NCBI GenBank assembly: GCA_009914755.4
Contig: CP068257.2
Span: forward strand, 12,640,001 to 12,704,000
Reading direction: 5' to 3'
DNA length: 64,000 nt
Source: the human T2T-CHM13v2.0 reference genome, Homo sapiens
A program made the translations under genes and the position numbers. Positions 1-11,834 of this stretch are shown here, in pieces; positions within the stretch are counted from its first letter, which is position 1; every line of letters begins with the position of its first letter. The notes beneath the pieces were generated by a model that made no database searches, was not told the DNA's origin, and saw nothing but the letters and a program-made list of their open reading frames with translations.

Positions 1-599
1 TTTCCTTTCTTTTCACCTGAATCACATTTTTCCTCCTGTAACAGACTAAAGTACTTCCTACCAGACAATTCTAGAAATGTTACACCATCCGCTGTAATTG
101 GCACATATTACAGTATTCTTTCAAGTTGTTTCGTATAACAAAAAGGCAGCTTAGATTGTATAATTTAGCAATAAATGGTAACTAAATTGTCCTTCGTGGC
201 TTGTGAATTTTGTCTCTTTCAGAAATGTAAAGGCTTATTTGGCAGAAAAAAATATTGAAGAAAAAAAACCCAAAAATTTGAAAAAATTCCCCTAGTGTTA
301 GAAATGCCATACAAACAACCTTCAATTATATAATACCTTTCAGTATTTTCTCTAATAGTCTAAAAGCAATTGATTTTTTCTTTTATTATTGTAAAAAAAG
401 TAACATGAAATCTATCATTTTAATACATTTTAAGCTTAAAAAGGATTTATTGCTAACTATAGGTGCAATATATTACAGCAGATCTCTAGAACTTACTCGT
501 CTTGGTTATCTAAAACTTTGTACCTGTTGAGCACTAACTTCCCGGTTTTCCCTTCCCCCCACCACCCTTGGAATCACCATTGCAGTGTCTGATTTTATG

Positions 600-840
600 A
601 AATTGACCGTTTGAGATACCTCATGTAAGAGAATTCATCCAGTATTTATTTTTCTGTGTCTAGCTTATTTCACTTAGCATAACGGCTTAAGGTCCATCCA
701 TGTTGTCTCATATTTCAGAGTTGTCTTCTTTTTTAAGCCTGAATAGTCATTTATCCAAAGAAGACATATAAACGACTAATGACATATACGTGGCTATATG
801 TTCCTGGCTATATGTTCCACTGTGGGCCCAAACTACTATA
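600..840 (-). mobile_element. Old L1 (L1M/L1PB-type) fragment from the ORF2 3' region.
   Basis: Similar to reverse-complemented L1 sequence (...tttcacttagcataa...ccatccatgttg...aagcctgaata...). Confidence 0.5.
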
Positions 841-1499
841 TTCCAGATGGACTTTTCCATTTTTTTTTTTAATTTATTGAATAGATAGATTTAGAGGGAC
901 TCCTGTATGTCATTTTCTCTTGCTATCCCCAACTCTCAGTCCTGTCCCTCTTTAAATCAATGCAGTGAAGATTCCATACATTTTTTGATATATAAATGAA
1001 CCTTTGTCCAGTTTCCAGTAGAAATACAAATCTCCCACTACTTTTACGGTTGTTTATGTATTTCACTGGGAATTTTAAATGGAGGAATAATTAAATAAAT
1101 AAATTTCTATCCGCATCTTTTGTAAAAAGTTACCAATAATTATGCTTGGGGATATTGGATTCAGTATACATATATTAAGTAGCATGCACTTGTGGAAAGT
1201 GAGAAATGGGACTTGGAAGAAAAGATGTATTTGCATCTGCTCTATGACACCTTTTCAGTACTTTCATCTCTAAGTTCCCATGGCCCTTATTAGCTGTTTT
1301 TACACTTACAGCAAAACAGAGTATGTGTGTAGATTTACAGATAGATAGTAATCACCTTGAGAAATAAAACTGTGTCCTTTTTTAATTGTCCTGATTCATT
1401 TGTGTACTTTGTATTGATAACATTTAGATGGTGTAGCATTATGGGGACAACACCAAATTGAGGAGAGCCTTAATATATCTAGAAGATATATATATATAT

Positions 1500-1920
1500 A
1501 TATTTTTTTTTGGTAATCAACAAGTTATTGAGGGTTCTTTTTTTTTCTTCAACTTTTATTTTAAGTCCCAGGGTGCATGTGCAGGATATGCAGGTTTGTT
1601 ACATAGGTAAACATGTACCATGATGGTTTGCTGCACAGATCAACCCATTACCTAGGTATTAAGCCCAGTGTCCTTTAGCTGTTCTTCCTGAGGCTCTCCC
1701 TCCCTCTGCCCCCACTCCCCTGACAGGTCCCAGTGTGTGTTGTTCCCCCATGTGTCCATGTGTTCTCATTGTTCAGCTCCCACTTACAAGTGAAAACGTG
1801 GTGTTTGGTTTTCTGTTCCTGTGTTAGTTTGCTAAGAATAATGGCTTCCAGTTCCATCCATGTCCCTGCAAAGGACATGATCTCTTTCCTTTTTATGGCT
1901 GCATAGTATGCCATAAATTC
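1500..1920 (-). mobile_element. L1 3' end (ORF2 C-terminus plus 3'UTR, reverse complemented), with its poly(T).
   Basis: The sequence gtcccagggtgcatgtgcagg...gtgttctcattgttcagctcccacttacaagtgaaaacgtggtgtttggttttc is L1 3'-end-like. The minus-strand ORF 1675-1914 translates to the L1 ORF2 C-terminus (YYAAIKRKEIMSFAGTWMELEAIILSKLTQEQKTKHH). Confidence 0.8.
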
Positions 1921-2167
1921 TTATTGTTTGGAAACCCAAATGTTACTCTCTACCAATAAACATTATTCCAAAAGTATATACTTTAATCACTAATTATATT
2001 TCCTCACCTAAAAATCATGTCTCTTCATTTTATAATACCCCAATACATAAATAACCTTGTACACTTTCCTAATTATATTAAACATTGATATTAAAAGTTA
2101 CCATTGCTTAACTATAAAGATGCCCCATAATCACAGAACTCTAAAATATTTGCTTCTCTCTTTATAG

Positions 2168-2411
2168 GCCTTACTTTTATCAAATGTTTCTCGACAAAAG
2201 TTTTCCACTGGGGAAATTATTAACTTGATGTCAGCAACTCATGGACTTGACAGCAAACCTCAATCTCCTCTGGTCTGCCCCTTTTCAAATCCTAATGGCC
2301 GTATATCTCCTTTGGCAAGAGCTGGGTCCAGCAGTGTTAGCAGGGGTGGCAGTCCTTGTGTTTGTTATACCAATAAATGCTTTAGCTGCAACTAAAATAA
2401 AAAAGTTAAAG
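2168..2411 (+). CDS. ABCC13: ABCC exon (MSD1). Translation: ALLLSNVSRQKFSTGEIINLMSAT / [frameshift] / MDLTANLNLLWSAPFQILMAVYLLWQELGPAVLAGVAVLVFVIPINALAATKIKKLK. It carries an 11-bp deletion at about 2237-2241.
   Basis: Acceptor is ctctctttatAG|gcc. Donor is AAG|gtaaga. The translation matches ABCC1 [44 protein letters not shown]..., but 6 residues (18 nt) are replaced by 7 nt, shifting the frame. Confidence 0.8.
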
Positions 2412-3818
2412 GTAAGAAAATGACTGCCTCATGTTACATGTGTCAAACAGGAGCTGAGTTTTCTGACTTGAGTTAACAATCACCATCTCGCTAATTATAT
2501 AGAGAGAGTTACAAATGGAAGTCATCGAATTTTATCATTTACTTATTCACTCAACCAGTATTGAACAAGCATGTATCTTATGTCAGCCAGTGTTTCAGGC
2601 ACAGGAAGTACAGCAGTGAGGGGAAATGACAAGTCCAGCTCTCATGAGGGGTAGTGGAGGAGACAGGCATTAAGCAAGTACATAAATAGAGAGAAAACAT
2701 TTGTATATGAAAAAGATTTAGTAAAATACAGTGATGAAGAGACAAAGGATGCCATTTTACATTTAGGATCAGGAAAGTCCTCAGAAAGGGAATGGTATAT
2801 CAACAGGGTGAAGGAGTAATTCAAGTGGACATCTGAGGGAAAGACACACCAAGCAAAGGGAAGAGTATGCATGCAGCCTGGAGGTAGGGGTATGCTTGGT
2901 TGTTTGAAAAGTGAAGTACTGCAGCAAGCAGACAGGAAATGCTTCACTAAATTAATGTTGATATTCTTCCTTTATATTCAGTCATTCATCTTACCATCAA
3001 TATATGTTTTGACATCCCGCCATGTGTTAGACAGTGTGCACTATGCTATACTCTAAGAAATGGAGAAACCACAGAGTTCACTGCATTGAAGGAAATCACA
3101 CTGCAATGAGATAGATGCTTTCATATGTTAAATTAACAGAGGTGGATGTATTGCTTATGAAAACATTTTATAATTTTAAATGGATCAAAGATTAACAATA
3201 TATATTGACATGGAAACATGTCAATCATATTTTAAAGCAAAAAGGAGATTAAATATATGCATGTATATCATACATATGTGTAGCTATATCATTGATCCAT
3301 TATTAAAATGTGAATATACCTATACACATGTGTGTAATGGAGAGGTAAATAGATGAAGATACATAGCTATAAATATATTTGCATAAGCATAGAAGTAATC
3401 TAGAGATAAAGCATCAGTCTTTAAAGAATAGTTACCTGTAAAGTAGAATTAGACAGAAGGAGGATAGATTTTTACTTCTGACTTTAATACCCCAAGTGAC
3501 TAAAAATTGTATAGTATTTTATATTTTTCTTAATTTTTCAAATAAAAGATGACTGGTTTTTAAACATAAAAACTAGAAAATAGCATATATTTATGAAGTA
3601 AAGGTACTTAGCATGCTAGTGTTTAGAATAACAGATTTGTTTATAACAAATATTTTTAACTAGTTTTAAAAAATATATTCTGGATTTTAAAAACTGCTAT
3701 TTAAAGGCACATTATTAAGAATGGAAAAATATTTTTTGAACCTTAATCTAGAGTCCTATAACCTTCAAAGATATTTCAATATTATATCCAAATATACTAA
3801 ATAAAAAATATGACTTTA

Positions 3819-4137
<319 letters not shown>

Positions 4138-4804
4138 ATATGCCTTTAAATCACACACATAATACTAGTGGTATTAAATTGCACACAGAATATGACGGAT
4201 TAGCTTGTAATGCATTCTTCATAAGATATACAAATACTTATGACATATAAAGTGCCAATTTAGTGGAGAAAACACTTAAGAAATGATACCCAAACAAGTA
4301 TAAAATATTATGATAATTGTTAAATATTTGAATAAAAATACAATTGCATAACATTTATAAAAAGAAGAGGAAGGGTATTTGAAAATATACATTTTAATTA
4401 TTCTAATTCCCAAAGAACAAATAAAATTTATAGAGAGCCTTATTTTTATTCTTGTGACACTTCTAAGTATGTACATAAACAGTTAATGGAGTTTTTAGAA
4501 ATGTGTTCTATTTTAGTAGGATGTGGGTGTTATTTTATTATTCATTTTAAACAAATTAGGTTTAAATAAATATATTTTCTACTATTCTACTGTTCGCCTG
4601 TTGGCTATGCTCAAGTTACCTATTTATAACTATCTTCCAACATTGTCAGTAGAATAATGTATAAATATTGTAAGATGCTTTTCTCCATTAAATCTTAAGT
4701 AAAAATAGAGAAAATAGACCATATTTTTAAAATAGCTGTGGACATATCAGTAAAAGTATTACCGATTTTGTCAAATATTCTTTTATCTCCTTTCCATTAA
4801 ATAG

Positions 4805-4870
4805 AAAAGCCAAAGAAAGAACAAAGATAAACAGATAAAACTACTCAAAGAAATCCTACATGGAATTAAG
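4805..4870 (+). CDS. ABCC13: ABCC 66-bp exon. Translation: KSQRKNKDKQIKLLKEILHGIK.
   Basis: Acceptor is ccattaaatAG|aaa. Donor is AAG|gtagta. The translation aligns with ABCC2 [22 protein letters not shown]. It restores exact length and phase continuity between the flanking exons. The 60-aa ORF track does not contain it. Confidence 0.75.
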
Positions 4871-5940
4871 GTAGTATGAAAGGGATATGCCTTGGATCTA
4901 TTTTGAGTATAGTAATACAAATGAAGTTTGTAGTGTTCTCAATATCTCAGAGTGATGATAGATAATAATTGTTGGCAGAAAATTTCAGATTTCAGATATT
5001 GTAGGAATTCTTATCACTAAAATAACATTTAAATGCAAAGCCAAATAAAATGCAGCCATTTCTTTTTGTTTCTCACACAAGTAAACACAAATATCCTAAA
5101 AGTCACAACATATTACTTATTTTAAGGTATTATGTTGAAAAGATGCGATGAAGCAGGCAAGAGTGGTAATAATACATCCATCAGTGTAAAGGCAGATTTA
5201 TATAGTGGAAGTGATGAGGTGTCATTTAGGTTATTTTATGTGGGATACAAATGATCACATAAATGCTATTCTATAAATAGTATGTTGCAAATTATTTTTC
5301 TCTAGAAAAGCTGGGATAGTTTAAAAGTGAGAGCAGTCAGTATCCTTGGGGTCTGATAACAGGTGTTATAAAGCCTCTCTCTGACAATACTGATAATTGC
5401 TACCATTTATTAAATATTTTCTATGCATCAAATGCTGTGCTTATTACTTTATATGTGTTTCCTCATGGAATTCTTATAAACCTCAAGAAGAAGATTTCGC
5501 ATTTCCATTTTATTAACTAGGAAACAAAGACACTGAGCAGTTAAGGGTCAGGTCTGAATTTACAGAACCAGTGAGAGTGTATTAGAGTTCTCCACAGAAA
5601 GAGAATCAATAGATTTCATATAGAGAGATATAGATATAGAGAAATATGAAGAGAGATTTAAGAAACTGGCTCATCTGATTGTGGGGGCAGGCAAGTGTAA
5701 TATCTGTAGAACAGGTGGGTAAACAGAAAACTCTAGCAGAAGTTGATGCTGCAATCTTGAATCTGAAGGCAATCTGGAAGCAGAATTCCTTCCCCACTGA
5801 GGAACCTCAGCCTTTTCTCTTAAGGCTGTCAACTGATTTGATAAGGCCCACTCATATAACAGAGGGCAATCTGTCTAACTCAGAGTTTAACTGATTGAAA
5901 AGCTAACAGCATCTAAGAAATACCTTCACAGAAACATCTA

Positions 5941-6372
<432 letters not shown>

Positions 6373-6853
6373 TCAATTCACTCTAAAGTGTTTGCAATAA
6401 GCCAGTGTAAGATCCTATTTCCCCAAATTTTCTGTCTCAGAAAATAGTTTACAATCTTAAAACACTAATCAGCTTCAGAGAATGGCTTGAAGTACCAAAA
6501 CATCTGTCGTAAAGAAACTAGAAAGGCAGGGAGAAGAGTTTAGCTATAAAGAAAAAGGTAATAGGTAGAAGTGAGAGTTGGTCAGCAGGAAGAGTGACAG
6601 AACTGAGCTAGACGGAAACTGTCTATGGAGTTCTATGGAGTTCGTGCCTTACAGCTGGGATGTTGCCAGAGTCTGGCTCAGAAATAAGCTATTGGAGGTG
6701 GTGGAGACATAAGACTGGGGAATGGTCATTCCCTCCTTCTGCTCCGCTCCCACCCCCAAAATACCGCAATTTAAGAAAATATTCTGATTCAGTCAAAGTG
6801 GAAGCAATTTAGTTTTCTTTATGGTTGTACCATCATTTTTTATCTTCACGATT

Positions 6854-6893
6854 GTGTGTGTGTGTGTGTGTGTGTGTTGTTTGTTTGTATGTG
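6854..6893. repeat. (TG)n microsatellite about 60 bp upstream of the exon acceptor at 6951-6952.
   Basis: gtgtgtgtgtgtgtgtgtgtgtgttgtttgtttgtatgtgtg. Confidence 0.9.
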
Positions 6894-6952
6894 TGAGTTT
6901 TTTTCTTCTATGATATAGATTGGCAGATCATTATCGTGTGACTCATTTACAG

Positions 6953-7090
6953 ATCCTCAAACTTTATGCATGGGAACCCTCCTATAAAAATAAGATTATC
7001 AAAATTCGAGATCAGGAATTGGAATTTCAAAAATCAGCTAGGTATCTTACTGTATTTTCCATGTTGACATTAACCTGCATTCCATTCTTG
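6953..7090 (+). CDS. ABCC13: ABCC exon. Translation: ILKLYAWEPSYKNKIIKIRDQELEFQKSARYLTVFSMLTLTCIPFL.
   Basis: Acceptor is tcatttacAG|atc. Donor is TTG|gtgagt. The translation matches ABCC2 [46 protein letters not shown]. The ORF-track ORF beginning at 6920 extends upstream of the true acceptor. Confidence 0.8.
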
Positions 7091-8425
7091 GTGAGTGTAT
7101 GTCATATTTCCTGTTTTGATTTTCAAATCTGATTTACAGATTTACCTCCAAATTACTTGGAATTAAGATGTATAAAGTTAAATATTATGTATCTGAATTA
7201 AAATTGTAAAGAAATACATTCATTAACTTATGTGGATTAGAGAACAAAAGTTACAAAGAAAGGGAAAATACTGTATGTGTTTTCATTGGTCTGTATTTTT
7301 TAAACACAATAAGATTTACTTCTCTGTAAATTTCTCAGAGATTTTTCATATATGCCTATATCTCTTAAAAATATAATCTACATTTCAGAGTTTCATTCCA
7401 GTTTTAAAGCTTGATATGTATGACTGATTCCTTTTAAGCAGACTCAAAGGGCCTATTATATGGAGATGAGAAGAGAAGCAACATTTATTGAGTTGTTACT
7501 GAATGTCAGGGAAGTTACATACATTGCCTTATTTCAATCTCACAATAATAAGGCATTATTTTTCTCATTTCACAAGATGAAATGGAAGTCCAGAGTAGTT
7601 GGAAACATCCTCAAAGTTATAAAATTGGTATTTAGAGGCAAATTGACATGAAGTGACATTATTCTCTTTCTATTACACCATAAACATTGGGAATCCCATG
7701 CTATTTTAACTAGAATATAAATTGCCTTGGGATATGAAGCCATGGGCAAAAGCCAAAGGAAAAGCAAGCCACATATAACCGGAGCATCAGTTTTAATCAA
7801 AGTTGCCACTCTATGTTGATAATTAATTTTTTTGTATTTCAACAAACGTGAGTATTATGGAAGTGAATGCAATATTTACATTTGGAATACATTGGTAAGA
7901 CCATCCAAGATGTATTTGCTTAAGCCAGTACTATATACATGATAGTAAGTCCATTCTCATGCATGAATGAATTTTTCCTGCCTTTTCTAGATGAAACTTA
8001 TAAGAACGAATATAAATCTTAGCCATGATTTATTCATATCTTCCTCAGTTAATCTTATGACACAAAGAAAGAATAATTATTATATATAAGTCAGAATGTA
8101 TGCAACTGGAATATAAGTTTACATAAAACTTCTGAATTTAAAGAAATGATGAACTGGTTTACAATGTAAATGGGAATAATAACTGTGGTAAGAATATAAC
8201 ATGTCTTACAAGAAAAGCGCTGGACCACATGGTCTCAAGGATGTCATTGTCCGAGATACATGAGTTTATGACCCTTACTAAAATATATTTTATGTTCTTC
8301 AGCAAGAGTACTAAATTTCAGGAAACAAACACAATTATTTAGATTTTATTTTCTAATTTTGGGGACTGTAACTAATAATGTTATCAGTAGAAATTTGAAG
8401 AAAATAACACATCTCTATTTTTTAG

Positions 8426-8572
8426 GTGTCCCTGGCAACCTTGTGTGTCTATTTCTTACTGGATGAAGGAAACATTTTAACAGCCACTAAAGTGTTCACA
8501 TCGATGTCTTTGTTTAATATTTTAAGGATTCCTCTGTTTGAGTTACCAACCGTGATCTCAGCTGTGGTCCAG
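8426..8572 (+). CDS. ABCC13: ABCC exon. Translation: VSLATLCVYFLLDEGNILTATKVFTSMSLFNILRIPLFELPTVISAVVQ.
   Basis: Acceptor is ttttttAG|gtg. Donor is CAG|gtacat. The translation matches ABCC2 [49 protein letters not shown]. Confidence 0.85.
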
Positions 8573-9976
8573 GTACATACAGAATACCTTAAACTAGGAA
8601 TTATTCCTTTACTGGAGTCTATGGTTTGTGACATTTTATTTCTTTGTCTTTTTAATTTTATTTTATTTCACTTTATGTAGTTGTTTAACACTGCATTCAA
8701 AATTAGTTTTCCTGAATTAAGGAATAATAGAGAACATTATAGAATAAAAAGAATCATGTCTTCCTTGCTTGTGCTTTTTTTCCATCAAAGTGACTTTTAA
8801 ATATTTCAATATGTTATTTTGTTTTCTTGTTAAGTGTTAGATTCTCTACTTAGCATTTTTAAAGCTGGTGTTAGCCACTGTGCCATTACAGGATTCATTT
8901 CCTGTTTCCAACGGAAAAGTTATAATTAGGTGCTTTGTATGAAACTAGATCGAATGTTTTCCCAGGGTTCAGCAGCATTTCATCTATACTGAATGAATAA
9001 GCAGGGAGACAAGCACATTGATAATATCAGTCAGCCAACAAGCCAAGTGTGAGATGTCTGGGTCAGCCTGCTTTTAGTTGTAATCTCCAGTTCCTGGAGG
9101 CTGTTTAGATGCTAGATACAATGAGTAGATGGTTGCTAAAGCCACAGGAAACCCAGAAAAGTTCCTTGATCCTTTTGCCCTGAGATTTATGGTTACATTT
9201 TTTGGATGTCAGGTTTGGCCATCCTCCATTCAATTATTTTCCTCAAGTCTGGATTCATAAACAAAGTGAATATTTGCTTATTGGAATCATCCTTTAATCT
9301 AAGAACTTTACTCTTTAAAAAAATATTATTTGAATAAGGAGTAACATAATTGAATAGTAAAAACCAATTAAGCTATTTTTGTTACATCTTTTTCATGTTA
9401 TTTTTCTTAAAATAACCAACAGAGGGCATAGAAGAACCGCTGATGTGATGCTTTTAGCATTTGATTTCATAGCACGCTTCTCATAAAGAAAATGTCAGTT
9501 CTTAGAGTAACAGTTTGGTTCTAGTTTTGAAATTAGAATCTAGCTAAAGGTCCGATATCAAAGCCTTTTCCAATTGCTAGCAGTACTCTGCTACCTTCAT
9601 TTAAGGAGACCATTTTTCCAAAATGGAAAAAAAAGAAAAAGCTAACTGTATGTTCTGATTTGACACACTTGGTAAACAAAACTACAGCCCAATTACATCT
9701 TATGTGTTAACGATACAAGTCCCCTAGCACAAAGTAAATAAAAATGTACTAGAAATTGTATGTAAGTCAGTTTTCAGAAAACAATGTAATTTTATTTATC
9801 CTAATGTAGCCAAACATTTTATAGCTATTTTACTATATTACTATTTCCTATTTCACTATAATTGAATGTTATTATTATCAACATTATAGTTTTGTTTATC
9901 ATCAGTAGCAGAATTCACTCACCGATCTTAAAGTTGCTTTTAAAGCCTTATTTTTCTGTATTACAAGAAAATATCA

Positions 9977-10800
9977 CCCTACACCTGTTAGGATGGCTAT
10001 TATCAAAAAGTCAAAGAATAACAAATGTTGGCAAGGATGTCAAGAGAAGGGAACCCTTGTGTACTGTTGGTGGGAACATAAATTGGTACATCCGTTATGG
10101 AAAACAGTATGGAAGTTCCTCAAAAAATTCAAAATAGAACTACCATACGAGATAGAAATCCCACTTATGGGAAAATATCCAAGGGAAATAAAATTACTAT
10201 GTTGAAAAGATATATGCACTCCCATGTTCATTACAGCATTATCAGGAGCCAAGATATAGAAACAACCTAAGTGGCTATTGGCAGAAAAATTGATAAAGAA
10301 AATATACAAACAATATAATATTATTCAACATGGCAGAATATTATACTAAGTGAAATAAACTAGGCACAAAGAGACAAATACTCTGTTATCTCACTTATAT
10401 GTGAAATCTAAAAAAGTCTAACTTACGGAAGCAGAGTGAAGAAAAGTGCTTATTAAGGCTCAAGGGTGACATTGGGGTGGGGTGAGGTGAATGAGATGTT
10501 GATCAAAGATTACAAACTTCCAGTTATAAGATGAATATGTTCTGGAGACCTAATGTACAGCGTGGTGACTATGGCTAATGATAGTGTATTGTATACTTGA
10601 AAATTGCTAAGAGAGTAGATGTTAGGTATTCATATACACAGGAAAATAAAGGTGCCTACGGGAGGTGATACATAATCTAATTAGCTTGATTGTGGTAATC
10701 ATTTCAAAATGTGCATGTATATAAAAAAAGTTGTATACCTTAAATATGTATAATTTTTCTCAATTATACCTCAAAGAAGTTGGGAAAAAATCAATCTTTC
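9977..10800 (+). mobile_element. L1 (L1PB/L1MA-type) 3' end, covering the ORF2 C-terminus and 3'UTR.
   Basis: The sequence ...ttaggatggctattatcaaaaagtcaaagaataacaaatgttggcaaggatgtcaagagaagggaaccc...gtggtgactatggctaatgatagtgtattgtatacttgaaaattgctaagagagtagatg... is typical of an L1 3' end. Confidence 0.8.
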
Positions 10801-11100
10801 TATAATAATTAAGAGTTATTATGGCTTTTCTAGAATAATAAATAAGATTTTCATTTCTTTTTCTTATAACTTTCTGCATAGATGACATTAGCTTTGATCT
10901 TTGATTCTTGAAACTGCCCTTTGTCTTTAGAAATGAATGTATTTATAACATTAAATCAATTCAAACTATGCTTGCTATATTTATCTCAATATCTTTAATT
11001 TGCGTAAAAATTCTACTTAGCCTGTAAAACGTAGTAAACATTTTTTAGTTTAAATTCTACTTGAACCCCAGATAAATTCCATCTGTGCTTATTTTGATAG

Positions 11101-11185
11101 ACAAAGATATCCCTGGGCCGTTTGGAAGACTTTCTCAACACTGAGGAGCTTCTTCCTCAAAGTATTGAAACGAACTATACAGGAG
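11101..11185 (+). CDS. ABCC13: ABCC exon. Translation: TKISLGRLEDFLNTEELLPQSIETNYTG, followed by 1 nt.
   Basis: Acceptor is attttgatAG|aca. Donor is GAG|gtcagc. The translation matches ABCC2 [25 protein letters not shown]. The exon ends in phase 1. Confidence 0.75.
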
Positions 11186-11282
11186 GTCAGCACTTCCTCT
11201 TTTCATTCATTACTTATTTGACTTCTGGGTTGAAGGTAATTGGTTCTAAAATGCATCATTGTATATTTTTTTTCTTCCTTAG

Positions 11283-11349
11283 ATCATGCTATTGGGTTTA
11301 CAGATGCTTCTTTCTCCTGGGATAAAACAGGAATGCCAGTTCTAAAAGA
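11283..11349 (+). CDS. ABCC13: ABCC 67-bp exon. Translation: (D)HAIGFTDASFSWDKTGMPVLK, followed by 2 nt.
   Basis: Acceptor is ttcttccttAG|atc. Donor is AGA|gtaagt. The translation matches ABCC2 [23 protein letters not shown]. The exon is needed to reconcile phase 1 out of the previous exon with phase 2 into the Walker A exon. It lies in a different frame from the ORF-track ORF that spans it. Confidence 0.75.
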
Positions 11350-11606
11350 GTAAGTCGTGGTTTGGTGAATTTTTTTTAATGTTAATATTGGGTTCTAAAA
11401 TGCTCCATATTTTTATTTCTTAGAGGTTTTTAATAAGATTAATATACTGAAATTAACCTCTCATTTTACCTTTCATTTTCGTGGTGATTTTGCTGTCCTT
11501 TTTTCTATTGTTTCTTCTGTCTGCAGCACTTTATTGTTCATTCGTTTGCATTTTGGAAGGGTAGGTGTTTGTAGAAAAAGGTGAAAAGCAACAATTTCAG
11601 CGATGA

Positions 11607-11834
<228 letters not shown>

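Noticed and set aside
1675-1914. 79-aa minus-strand ORF.
   Set aside because: It is an L1 ORF2 C-terminus remnant inside an inverted L1 3' fragment.
6920-7132. ORF-track ORF taken as an exon starting at 6920 (MADHYRVTHLQ...).
   Set aside because: The first 33 nt have no counterpart in ABCC1 or ABCC2 and break phase with the upstream exon. The real acceptor is AG at 6951-6952. The ORF's tail runs into the intron past the GTGAGT donor at 7091.
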